Source: a virus. Taken from it: DNA of 42,318 bases. The stretch is from the IMG/VR virus record IMGVR_UViG_2937098957_000001, positions 1 through 42,318 of that record. One strand, 5' to 3'. A program made the position numbers and the translations under genes. This document shows, in pieces, positions 15,464 to 24,195 of this stretch. Numbering within the stretch: the stretch's first letter is position 1; the number at the start of each line of letters is the position of its first letter. The notes beneath the pieces were generated by a model that was given only the letters and a program-made list of their open reading frames with translations, ran no database searches and was not told the origin of the DNA.

Positions 15464-15479
15464 ACTAATGAGACAGCAA
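15281..15479 (+). repeat. Internal direct repeat A, copy 2
   Basis: See 14197..14395. Confidence 0.9.
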
Positions 15480-15959
15480 CGCGAATGGAGGGAGGCCCGC
15501 GCTCGTCTTACCCGGCCAGCGAAGGTTGTCGTCCAAGAGAAAAGCGTAATAGATACGCTCAAGGCGGAACTTGCTGATGCCGCCGCCAGGATCCGCGAGC
15601 GAGATCGAAAGATTGCCATTCTCGAATTGGACGTAGCCGATCGGGATGCGCGCATTCTCTCTCAGGCGGAAATGATCAGCCATCTGCAGGACGACGCTCC
15701 GGAAATAACCGAGGAGAAGCGCCCGGTCTCGGCGATCATCGGTGAAGTTCTCGACCTATTCCCCGATGTTACATGGTCTGAGGTTGCCGGCGTTCGCCGT
15801 GAGAAGCGCCTCATTCGCCCGCGGCAGCTCTGCATGTATGAGCTTTCGAGGCAGCGACCCGACCTTTCCCTTCCTCGCCTCGGCCGCATCTTCAACCGCG
15901 ATCATACGACCGTGCTTTATTCCGTACAGAAGATCAGGGCAGAGAAGGAGCAAGCATGA
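15447..15959 (+). CDS. DnaA C-terminal (domain IV) HTH protein, putative replication/regulatory factor
   Basis: LIRPRQLCMYELSRQRPDLSLPRLGRIFNRDHTTVLYSVQKI matches the DnaA DNA-binding domain pattern. No AAA+ domain is present. ATG 15447 follows AAGGAG. Confidence 0.7.
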   Translation: MQAQPELMRQQREWREARARLTRPAKVVVQEKSVIDTLKAELADAAARIRERDRKIAILELDVADRDARILSQAEMISHLQDDAPEITEEKRPVSAIIGEVLDLFPDVTWSEVAGVRREKRLIRPRQLCMYELSRQRPDLSLPRLGRIFNRDHTTVLYSVQKIRAEKEQA

Positions 15960-16576
15960 CATCCAAGGCTTCCAGGCTTCGCATTAAAAGAACGCAGCGG
16001 GCAGGGAGGCCCCGAAAGGAAAACGTCGATCGCTATCCCGGAGGGCAGATCAAGCATTCCGAACGCGAGAACGAGGTTAGAGCAACAGTCATGGAAGCAC
16101 GCACCCGCGTTCACTATCTCCACAAGACACCAGAGAAGGACGTTGCCGAATACGGCGGCTACACGGCTGGTCGCCTTTATCTGGATGGGAAGATCACCGA
16201 AGAGCAATTAAAGGCCGGTAATGAATATGCCATCGTAATTATGCGCTATTGCCAATCAGTCGGCATCCCATTCCCAACGGCTCGCGCTCAAGACCTAGGC
16301 CGAGTGAAGGGATTCGCTGGAGAGGAGAGCCAATCGGCGCAGGAGAGGGCAACCAAGGCCACGGCGGCGATGACACGGCTCCTCACCATCCTCCAGAGCT
16401 GCAAGGACGGACCTCAGGTCAAGCAGACAATCCATAACCTGTTCGTTATGGATGAGGAGGCTCTTAGGCTGATGCCAGAACGCCAGCTTTTGTGGCTAAG
16501 GTGTGGACTTAATGAGCTTATCTACCAGGAGGGCTTGCGGAAATACGGCAAATCGATTAATAACGAAATTGCATGA
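15956..16576 (+). CDS. Hypothetical protein
   Basis: 206-aa ORF with an ATGA overlap. Last gene before the terminator. Confidence 0.65.
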   Translation: MTSKASRLRIKRTQRAGRPRKENVDRYPGGQIKHSERENEVRATVMEARTRVHYLHKTPEKDVAEYGGYTAGRLYLDGKITEEQLKAGNEYAIVIMRYCQSVGIPFPTARAQDLGRVKGFAGEESQSAQERATKATAAMTRLLTILQSCKDGPQVKQTIHNLFVMDEEALRLMPERQLLWLRCGLNELIYQEGLRKYGKSINNEIA

Positions 16577-16743
16577 TCAGACTTGTGTCTGACGTGGAGC
16601 TAAGCCGCTGAAGCGTCATGAGGCATTTGTGCTCCGAGAGTGCGGAAACTGCGGCGTCGGGGCAGCAATTCGAGATCGGGAAGGCGGACAGTAGTTCGTG
16701 AAGATCGGGGTTCGTGCCTGGTCGTCCCTTCCTGACATTCACA

Positions 16744-16775
16744 GCCCGTCTCTGTTCTCAGGGGCGGGCATTTTC
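16744..16775 (+). terminator. Intrinsic terminator
   Basis: GCCCGTCTCT / AGGGGCGGGC 10-bp stem (two G-U pairs), 6-nt loop, then ATTTTC. Confidence 0.6.
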
Positions 16776-16785
16776 ATAACCAGCG

Positions 16786-17071
16786 ATGGACACCCTTATG
16801 GCTACTGCGAAGGAGCTCGCGTCTGGATTGACGCGAGAGGATCTGCTGCGTCTCTTGAGCTATGACAGGGAAACCGGCGATCTTGTCTGGCGCGTAACTG
16901 GCCATGCCGGTAACCCGACAGCCGGCGCTCGCGCTGGTAGCCTACACAAAGACGGCTACACCTACATCAAAATTGGTCGTGAGCGCTTTGCGGCGCACCG
17001 GCGCTTGGCGGCTTGAGCAAGAGCGTATCCACTACGGAGAGTTCGCCCCAAACAGGGGTATCGCGGCATGA
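16786..17071 (+). pseudogene. Remnant of an HNH-AP2 endonuclease gene (internal deletion plus frameshift)
   Basis: The N-terminus LSYDRETGDLVW ... GYTYIKIGRERFAAHR parallels 8466..8990 and stops at 17016. A shifted frame continues as LEQERIHYGEFAPN, which resembles an AP2-domain C-terminus. The HNH core is missing. Confidence 0.5.
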
Positions 17072-17235
17072 CGCCCTACCTCGTCCTCCCCTACGACTCC
17101 GGCCCCACTGGCCTCCCCGGTATGCAAGCCCTCATCAACGAGAAGGCAGCAGAAGGGTATGCGCTCCACCAGGCGATTTCCCGCACGACATATCACTGGG
17201 TTCTGATCTTCAAACGCGATCGCCGCAGCAAATGA
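17068..17235 (+). CDS. Small hypothetical protein (55 aa), not in the ORF track
   Basis: MTPYLVLPYDSGPTGLPGMQALINEKAAEGYALHQAISRTTYHWVLIFKRDRRSK. ATGA overlap with the next ORF. Confidence 0.45.
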   Translation: MTPYLVLPYDSGPTGLPGMQALINEKAAEGYALHQAISRTTYHWVLIFKRDRRSK

Positions 17236-17405
17236 CAGAAGCCGATCTAATCGCGGCCTGCATAGCATTCGAAGAAGAACACGGCGTGAATGAACTGCTC
17301 GTATTGCTGAATGACACGCTGCTCGCCCGGGCTCAGGCTGCTGGGATGAACATAGAATACCTCGATGGCGAAGACGACGATCTGGTCTTCCATACGGTTC
17401 AGTAG
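17232..17405 (+). CDS. Small acidic hypothetical protein
   Basis: Real part of ORF 17013..17405, starting at MTEADLIAACIAFEEEHG. Confidence 0.5.
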   Translation: MTEADLIAACIAFEEEHGVNELLVLLNDTLLARAQAAGMNIEYLDGEDDDLVFHTVQ

Positions 17406-17422
17406 ACAAGGAAAGCTGCCGA

Positions 17423-17659
17423 GTGAGCGTATTCACCGAACTAACCGAGAGCGGCATCAATTTCTCGGTGGCGTCCTTGCCGTCCCCATCCTCATTCGAC
17501 TTCGCAATCGAACTGCTTGACGCTGATGGCGCGGTAAAGGTCCGCGGCGCCGTCGTTTCGTGGCCTGCGGTTGAAGAGTGGCTGAAGAAGGCGGCGGTCG
17601 AGTATTTCCCCGATAGCAAGTTCGCCAGTGTTCATGGGGTAGTGGCAAGGTTTGGTTAG
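17423..17659 (+). CDS. Hypothetical protein
   Basis: 78-aa ORF with a GTG start. Confidence 0.5.
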   Translation: MSVFTELTESGINFSVASLPSPSSFDFAIELLDADGAVKVRGAVVSWPAVEEWLKKAAVEYFPDSKFASVHGVVARFG

Positions 17660-17733
17660 AAAACTATTCCTCAAAATGGCGATCCGTCACCCGGGCGGAT
17701 AAAAAATAATTCCAACAGGATACGGATTTTAAA

Positions 17734-18009
17734 ATGGCTGGTAACTCGAATAGCGGCCGGAAGCAGGAAAAGCCGTTCAAAGACGCATTGAGAATGGAGC
17801 TTCTCGCAGCTGGCGAAGATCACAAGGCGCTGCGCATGATCGCGGCGAAGCTGATTGAGAAGGCTACCGAAGGCGACATGCAGGCCATTAAGGAATTGGC
17901 TGATCGCACGGACGGCAAGGTTCCACAGGGTATCGTTGGTGAAGACGGGCAGGGGCCGGCAGAGATCATCTTCCGCACGATATATGAGCAGCTGCCTGTC
18001 AAGGAATGA
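17734..18009 (+). CDS. terS: Putative terminase small subunit
   Basis: GNSNSGRKQEKPF ... ATEGDMQAIKELADRTDGKV. Lies immediately upstream of terL and overlaps it. Confidence 0.6.
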   Translation: MAGNSNSGRKQEKPFKDALRMELLAAGEDHKALRMIAAKLIEKATEGDMQAIKELADRTDGKVPQGIVGEDGQGPAEIIFRTIYEQLPVKE

Positions 18010-19385
18010 CCTACGATTTCCGGGTTCGTTGGTATCAGCGGGCATTTCATGAAGCACTCGTCAATCAGAAGAAGAAGCGGCTCATCGAGATCGCGCACCG
18101 CCGATGGGGAAAGGATGAAATCGTCCTCAATGGGTTTCGTGAGCTTTCTCAAAAGCGCATTGGAACGTATTGGCATTGCTTCCCTGAATATGCCCAGGCG
18201 CGTAAGGCCATTTGGAATGGCATCAACGGGCACACCGGCAAGCGTCGTATCGATGAAGCGTTCCCGCCTGAGGTACGCAAACGCGTCAATGACAACGATA
18301 TGTTCATTGAGACCGTATGGGGCTCGACGTGGCAGCTTCTCGGTTCGGATCGTTATGACGCGACGGTAGGTTCGGGCCCAGTCGGGATAGCCTATTCGGA
18401 ATGGGCGCTCTGCAATCCTGCAGCGTGGGCCTATCACAAGCCGATGATCGAGGAGTCGGGCGGGACCGTGGCATTCATCACCACGCCGCGCGGCAATAAT
18501 CACGCTAAGACGATGTACGAGCGCGCCAAGGGCAACGAGCACTGGTTCGCCGAGCTGTCCAGCGTCATAGACACGGGAGCGCTTTCGGAAGCCCAGTTAG
18601 CGGAGAGCCTGGCGGAATACCAGGATCTCTACGGCATCGATCTAGGCCGCGCGATGTTCGAGCAGGAGTATTATTGCTCCTTTGCTGGCGCGATGGTTGG
18701 CGCTTACTGGGGCGCTGAAATGGCGCAGGCTGAAGTTCAGGGCCGGATTACAGATGTCCCGGTAGAAGAGGATCATCCGGTCCACACGGCTTGGGATTTG
18801 GGCAAGGCTGTCAATAACCCGATCTGGTGCTTCCAGGTCATAGACGGCAAACCCCGCATCGTTGATTTCTACCGGCCCGAGTCTGACGACCTTGAAGACT
18901 GGGTGAAGTGGCTCAACGATAAGGGCTACAAGGGGAACGATTACGTTCCTCACGACGCCCTGACAACGGAATGGGGCACGAAGCGTACGCGCATTGAGAC
19001 GCTGTCGCTGCTCGGTCGAAAGCCGAAGCGTGTTGCCAAGGTCAGCGTGGGCGACGGCATCAACGCCGGCCGCGAGACGATCAAGCTCGCCGTGTTCGAC
19101 AAGAACAGGTGTGAACTCGGCATTGAAGGCCTGAAGAACTATCGCCGTGAATGGGACGACGATCTGAAGACCTTCCGGGAAAACCCGGTGAAGGACTGGG
19201 CGGAGCACATCGGCTCGGCCTTCCGTTATCTCGGCTTGGCTTGGCGTGAGGCCATCGTTCACCAGCCGAAGGAAAAGCCCAAGGGCGAGATTGCATTCGA
19301 AGCGGACGGCAAGGGCCAGATCCGCTCCAACCTCACATTCGCAGAACTGTTGAAACGCCAGGAAAGAAGGAGGCGCGCGCAATGA
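18006..19385 (+). CDS. terL: Terminase large subunit
   Basis: 459 aa. The RRWGKDE ATPase-like N-terminus, its size and its position before the portal gene support the call. Confidence 0.8.
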   Translation: MTYDFRVRWYQRAFHEALVNQKKKRLIEIAHRRWGKDEIVLNGFRELSQKRIGTYWHCFPEYAQARKAIWNGINGHTGKRRIDEAFPPEVRKRVNDNDMFIETVWGSTWQLLGSDRYDATVGSGPVGIAYSEWALCNPAAWAYHKPMIEESGGTVAFITTPRGNNHAKTMYERAKGNEHWFAELSSVIDTGALSEAQLAESLAEYQDLYGIDLGRAMFEQEYYCSFAGAMVGAYWGAEMAQAEVQGRITDVPVEEDHPVHTAWDLGKAVNNPIWCFQVIDGKPRIVDFYRPESDDLEDWVKWLNDKGYKGNDYVPHDALTTEWGTKRTRIETLSLLGRKPKRVAKVSVGDGINAGRETIKLAVFDKNRCELGIEGLKNYRREWDDDLKTFRENPVKDWAEHIGSAFRYLGLAWREAIVHQPKEKPKGEIAFEADGKGQIRSNLTFAELLKRQERRRRAQ

Positions 19386-19618
19386 GTGACACCTTTAGCG
19401 ACAGTGCAAAACGTGCTTCCGCCGTCACGGCGAGCGATGTCACCGTTGTGGACTGCCAGGCCGTCTACGTTGGCGGCGCAGGCAACCTCGCTGTGCAGCA
19501 TTATGACGGTGGCCCGACGATCACCTACACGGCCATCGCGGTCGGCGTTGTGCACCGCATAAGCGCGTATCGCATCATGGCCGCCACCACCGCAACAGCA
19601 ATCGTGGCGCTTTACTGA
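19382..19618 (+). CDS. Hypothetical protein between terL and portal
   Basis: 78-aa ORF with an ATGA overlap. Confidence 0.55.
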   Translation: MSDTFSDSAKRASAVTASDVTVVDCQAVYVGGAGNLAVQHYDGGPTITYTAIAVGVVHRISAYRIMAATTATAIVALY

Positions 19619-21783
19619 TGACTGAAGCTGTCGACACTGCCGAGTTCGAGACAGAGAAAGACGCTGGCTCGGGCGATGCAGGTCTGGTGAAGCTGTGGCT
19701 CGCTGCGATCGATCTTGCCTCGAAAGAGGAAGAGGAGTGGCGCAAGGAAGCCGAAGGCGTTGTCAAGACCTATCGCAATGGCGATGCGCGTCATTTCGGT
19801 TCTGTAGAACGGCAGCACAATTTCAACATCCTCTATTCGAACATCGAGACGATCTGCCCGGCCGTCTATAACTCGACGCCCATTCCTGACGTTCGCACGC
19901 GCTTTGCAAAGGTCGACCCAGTAGCGAAAGAGGCCGGCGACTTCCTTGAGCGCTGCCTGTCCTACGATTTGGATGTTGACGACTTCGACACGACTATGGA
20001 CCTCGCCGTCAAGGACAACGAGATTGTCGGCCGCGGCGTCACGCGCGTTCGATATGTCCCGTACATCACGCAGGACCAGGAGAACGGAGAGCAGATCGCG
20101 TGGGAAGACGTACCGACAGAGCATGTACCGTGGGCGAACTTCCGCCGCGGCCCTGCTCGTGTATGGAAGGATGTTCCGTGGATCGCGTTTGAGTTGTTCC
20201 TGACGCGCGAACAGCTTCTGGAGATTTCCAAGGAGTTAGGCGGCAAGGTCAACCTCGATTTCGCTGTCTCCAAGCAGGAGAACGACAAGACGGACTCCCC
20301 GCCTGCCGAGATATTCAAGCGCGCCCGCGTTTGGGAAATCTGGGACAAGGAGAAGAAGCAGGTCATCTTCATCGCGACCGGCTACTGTGATGCACCGTTG
20401 CAGGTGATTGACGACCCGCTGGGCCTGACTGACTTCTTCCCGATCCCGCGCCCGCTGATGGCTGTCGAGACCAGCGATACGCTCGACCCGATCCCGCCAT
20501 TCCGCATGTACAAGGACCAGGCCGAGGAGTTGAGCCGCGTCACACGGCGCATTACCTCGCTGATCCAGATGCTGAAGGTTCGCGGCGTCCGTGATGCGCA
20601 GATCCCCGAGTTCGAGGACATTGCAAACGCGGAAGACGGCGATTTCGTCGCCATGCAGGACGCAACGGCGCTCTATGCGCAGGGCGCGAGCTTCGACAAA
20701 GCCCTCTGGATGATGCCGATCGACGTTATCCAGACCGTCATTCAAGGTCTGTACATCCAGCGCGAGCAGATCAAGCAGGTCATTTACGAGATCACCGGCA
20801 TTGCCGACATTCTCCGCGGCGCGTCTGACCCGAACGAAACGCTCGGCGCTCAACAGATCAAGGCGCAATTCGGCTCTCAGCGCGTCCAGAAGAAGCAGAA
20901 GGAGGCAGCGCGCTACGCTCGTGACCTGCTGCGCCTCAAGGCCGAGTTGATCGCCAACAAGTTCCAGCCGCAAACCTTGCTGATGATGAGCGGCATTCAG
21001 TTGCCCTCTGAGCAGGACAAGCAGGCTGCGCAAATGCAGATCCAGCAAATCCAGGCGCAGGCAGAGCAGACAGGCCAAGAGCCGCAGATCCCGGAAGAAC
21101 TCTCCGAGGTCTTGGGTAAGCCGACGTTCGAGGAGGTGTTGCAGCTCCTTCGCTCGGATATCCAGCGGAAATACCGCGTTGACGTTGAAAGCGACTCCAC
21201 TATCCGGGCAGACCTGGCGCGCTCGCAAGAAAACATGAGCATGTTCCTCCAGGGCACGGCTCAATTCCTCCAGGCGGCCGGCCCCGCGGTTCAGGCAGGC
21301 ATGCTTCCCGGTGCTGTCGCTGTCGAAATCTTCTCGTCCTTCGCCCGGAACTTCAAGCTCGGCAAGTCTGCAGAGGATGCGCTTTCGACCCTCACGGAGC
21401 AGGCGAGGGAGAAGGAAGACCAGCCAGACCCGGCACAGCAGGCCCAAGAGCAGGCCATGCAGATGGAGCAGCAGAAAATGCAGTTCGAGCTTCAATCGAA
21501 GCAAATGGACATGCAGATGAAGCAACAGGAGCACGAATTCAAAATCGCCGAGATGCAGCTTTCCATGCAGATCAAGCAGGAAGAAATGGAGCTCAAGCGG
21601 CAGGAGATGGAAATGAAGCGCGAGGAAATGGGCATCGAAGCCCAGCTCACGCAGATGCGCGCCGATGCCGAGGTCCGGTCGGCCACGCTCAAAGCCCAGT
21701 CGCAGGAGCACAGTACGAGGCTTGGCATGGAGTCGGCAGAGCACAAGGCCCGTATGGCGAAGCAGCCGAAGGAAGACGCATGA
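19618..21783 (+). CDS. Portal protein with long C-terminal Q/M/E-rich coiled coil
   Basis: 721 aa directly after the terminase. The C-terminal ~140 aa are a low-complexity coil (QMEQQKMQFELQSKQMDMQMKQQ...). Confidence 0.75.
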   Translation: MTEAVDTAEFETEKDAGSGDAGLVKLWLAAIDLASKEEEEWRKEAEGVVKTYRNGDARHFGSVERQHNFNILYSNIETICPAVYNSTPIPDVRTRFAKVDPVAKEAGDFLERCLSYDLDVDDFDTTMDLAVKDNEIVGRGVTRVRYVPYITQDQENGEQIAWEDVPTEHVPWANFRRGPARVWKDVPWIAFELFLTREQLLEISKELGGKVNLDFAVSKQENDKTDSPPAEIFKRARVWEIWDKEKKQVIFIATGYCDAPLQVIDDPLGLTDFFPIPRPLMAVETSDTLDPIPPFRMYKDQAEELSRVTRRITSLIQMLKVRGVRDAQIPEFEDIANAEDGDFVAMQDATALYAQGASFDKALWMMPIDVIQTVIQGLYIQREQIKQVIYEITGIADILRGASDPNETLGAQQIKAQFGSQRVQKKQKEAARYARDLLRLKAELIANKFQPQTLLMMSGIQLPSEQDKQAAQMQIQQIQAQAEQTGQEPQIPEELSEVLGKPTFEEVLQLLRSDIQRKYRVDVESDSTIRADLARSQENMSMFLQGTAQFLQAAGPAVQAGMLPGAVAVEIFSSFARNFKLGKSAEDALSTLTEQAREKEDQPDPAQQAQEQAMQMEQQKMQFELQSKQMDMQMKQQEHEFKIAEMQLSMQIKQEEMELKRQEMEMKREEMGIEAQLTQMRADAEVRSATLKAQSQEHSTRLGMESAEHKARMAKQPKEDA

Positions 21784-22100
21784 GCGGGCGCTGGGTTGAA
21801 GTAGAGCCTGGGCGCCAGCGTTTCATCCGCGACCGCCAGCCGGAGCCAGAACTGGCGCGCTCGGATCTGCCTATCCCCTACATCGTTAGCGACCTGCCGG
21901 CCTACGCTTCCCCGCTCGGCGATGGGATGATTGATGGCCGCGCGGCTCGCCGGGAGCATTTTCGGAGGACCAACACCCGGGAGGTTGACCCTTCGGAGTG
22001 GAGGGAGCGTTCGGCCAAATTCAAGGCTGAGAAGGCCGAGAAGCAGGCCATTGCCGACGCCTGGAGGGCCGGCAAAAACATCAATCGTGGAACCGCTTAA
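21780..22100 (+). CDS. Hypothetical head-module protein
   Basis: 106-aa ORF with an ATGA overlap. Confidence 0.55.
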   Translation: MSGRWVEVEPGRQRFIRDRQPEPELARSDLPIPYIVSDLPAYASPLGDGMIDGRAARREHFRRTNTREVDPSEWRERSAKFKAEKAEKQAIADAWRAGKNINRGTA

Positions 22101-22130
22101 CCGCCTCTGGCGACAGCAAAGGACACCGAC

Positions 22131-23183
22131 ATGGAAGACCTGAACACCGGGGCGGTGGAAACCGTCACCGAAAGCACATCTGCGCCTGTTGTTGAGCAGG
22201 CTCCCGCCTCATTCGAAGATACGATGTCGGCGGTATACGACAAGCTGAACCCGGCACGCGATGAGGCCGGTAAGTTCGCAGGAAACGAGACCGAGACCAC
22301 GGAAGGCGCCGAAACGGCAGCCACCGAGGAGACGGTTGACGAAAATACAGACCAGCCCTCGGAGAAGGAGCAGGAAACGGCCTCGCCGTCCATCACTGCC
22401 CCGAATTCGTGGTCTGCTGAGATGAAAGCCAAGTGGGGCTCTCTTCCACCTGAAGCGCAACAGTACATTGCGCAGAGGGAAAGCGAGATGCACGCGGCCA
22501 TCACTCAGAAAGGGGAGCAGGTCCGAGAATACGAGCCGATCAAACAGGTGCTTGACCAGCATCGCGACGTTTTTGTCAAGAATGGCGTATCGAACGCAGA
22601 GGGCATCTCTAAGCTCATTGCGGCCGATCGGTATCTTGAGCAGAACCCGACCGAGGCAATCAAGTGGCTGGCTGACAGCTACGGCGTCGACCTGCGACAG
22701 TTCGTGAGCGGCGATCAGCAAAGCGGCGACCAATCACAGGCCCAGACGCCTCGTGAAGTCCTAGAGCTTCGGCAGGAGATCAACCAGCTCAAGAGCTATC
22801 TCACGGCCCAACAGCGTCAATCGCATGAAGTTGAACAGGCCACCGTCGTCAAGACGGTCGAAGACTTCGCCAAGGACAAGCCTCACTTCGAAAAGGTCCG
22901 GAAGATCATGGGCTCGCTTATGCAAGCCGGTGAAGCAGCCGACCTGGACGAAGCCTATGAAAAGGCCACCTACGCACACCCCGAAGTTCGCCAACTCATC
23001 CTAGAGGACCAGAGGAAGGCGGCAGAGGCAAAGCGGAAGGCCGAACAGGAAAAGGCTGTCACGCAGGCGAAGAAAGCAGGCTCGGTCAACCTCAAGAGCA
23101 CCCAGGGCACGACCCCGGCAAAGGGCGCGTCCTTCGAGGAAACCATGTCTGCCGTCTATGACCGACTCACCGGCGCCGGCTGA
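22131..23183 (+). CDS. Scaffolding protein
   Basis: 350 aa, acidic and helical, located between the portal and capsid genes. Confidence 0.65.
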   Translation: MEDLNTGAVETVTESTSAPVVEQAPASFEDTMSAVYDKLNPARDEAGKFAGNETETTEGAETAATEETVDENTDQPSEKEQETASPSITAPNSWSAEMKAKWGSLPPEAQQYIAQRESEMHAAITQKGEQVREYEPIKQVLDQHRDVFVKNGVSNAEGISKLIAADRYLEQNPTEAIKWLADSYGVDLRQFVSGDQQSGDQSQAQTPREVLELRQEINQLKSYLTAQQRQSHEVEQATVVKTVEDFAKDKPHFEKVRKIMGSLMQAGEAADLDEAYEKATYAHPEVRQLILEDQRKAAEAKRKAEQEKAVTQAKKAGSVNLKSTQGTTPAKGASFEETMSAVYDRLTGAG

Positions 23184-23217
23184 TCCACTTTCTCCCAACA
23201 ATCCAAGGTGATGGAAA

Positions 23218-24183
23218 ATGGCTAGTCCAAATACTGTGTTCACCGAAATGGTGACGACCACGCTCCGCAACCATCCGTCCGAAGTGGCGGATAACGTGAG
23301 CAAGAACAACGCACTCTATTCCCGCCTGAAGCAGCGCGGGAAGATCAAGAAGCTGTCTGGCGGCTACGAAATCGTACGCCCGCTCGACTATGCGGAAAAC
23401 AGCACCTACCAGCGCTATGCTGGCTATGACACCCTGAACGTGCAGGCCTCCGACGTTCTGTCGGCTGCCAAATACGACTGGGTGCAGGCTGCGGTTCACA
23501 TCACGGCTTCCGGCCGCGAACTCCGCATGAATAACGGCAAAGAGCAGATCATCGATCTGGCATCGGCCCGTACCCGCAACGCCATGCGCACCGCCTCGAA
23601 CAACATGTCCCTGGACCTGTATTCGGACGGCTCGCTGACGAACCAGATGGGCGGTCTCGCTCACATCATCCAGAACGCAGGCACTGGCACCGTAGGCGGC
23701 ATCAATTCGTCCACCTACACCTTCTGGAAGAACAAGTTCTACGAAGCACCTGGCTCCAACGCTGTCACGAAGTCCAACATCAAGGGCTACATGAACGCGC
23801 TTTGGCTCCAGCTCGTCCGCGGCGCCGACAAGCCTGACCTTCTGGTTTCGACGCACGACTTCTTCTCGGCCTACTGGGAAAGCCTTCAGGATCTGCAGCG
23901 TTATGCGTCCGCAGAGTCCGCGACGGCCGGCTTCCAGTCGCTGAAATTCGTCACCGCAGACGTGATCTTCGATGACAACGCCAACTTCGCCACGACCGGC
24001 GAGAAGATGTACTTCCTCAACACCGAGTACCTGGAGATGATCGTCCACCGTGACGCGAACTGGCAGACGCTCGATGAGAAGATGTCCGTCAACCAGGACG
24101 CCGTGGTCATCCCGATAATCTGGCAGGGTCAGCTCACCTGCTCGAACCGCTCGCTTCAGGGCGTTCTGATCGACGCGGCTTAA
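23218..24183 (+). CDS. Major capsid protein
   Basis: 321 aa. Position after the scaffold gene, a strong SD, and a terminator after the following gene support the call. Confidence 0.75.
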   Translation: MASPNTVFTEMVTTTLRNHPSEVADNVSKNNALYSRLKQRGKIKKLSGGYEIVRPLDYAENSTYQRYAGYDTLNVQASDVLSAAKYDWVQAAVHITASGRELRMNNGKEQIIDLASARTRNAMRTASNNMSLDLYSDGSLTNQMGGLAHIIQNAGTGTVGGINSSTYTFWKNKFYEAPGSNAVTKSNIKGYMNALWLQLVRGADKPDLLVSTHDFFSAYWESLQDLQRYASAESATAGFQSLKFVTADVIFDDNANFATTGEKMYFLNTEYLEMIVHRDANWQTLDEKMSVNQDAVVIPIIWQGQLTCSNRSLQGVLIDAA

Positions 24184-24195
24184 GGAGAAACGACC

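Noticed and set aside
16577-16743. A possible tRNA (GGGGTTCGTGCC resembles a T-loop), and ORF 16557..16742 (-)
   Set aside because: No 5-bp T stem, acceptor stem or anticodon arm can be drawn around it. The minus ORF has no SD and an implausible product.
17032-18542. Minus ORFs 17032..17619 (195 aa), 17671..18057 and 17820..18542 (240 aa)
   Set aside because: They are antisense to the small late-leader genes, terS and terL, and are shadow ORFs of a high-GC coding strand.
20236-21744. Minus ORF of 502 aa inside the portal gene
   Set aside because: Its product is dominated by L/R/H repeats mirroring the Q/E/M-rich portal coil. It is antisense to a confidently assigned structural gene.
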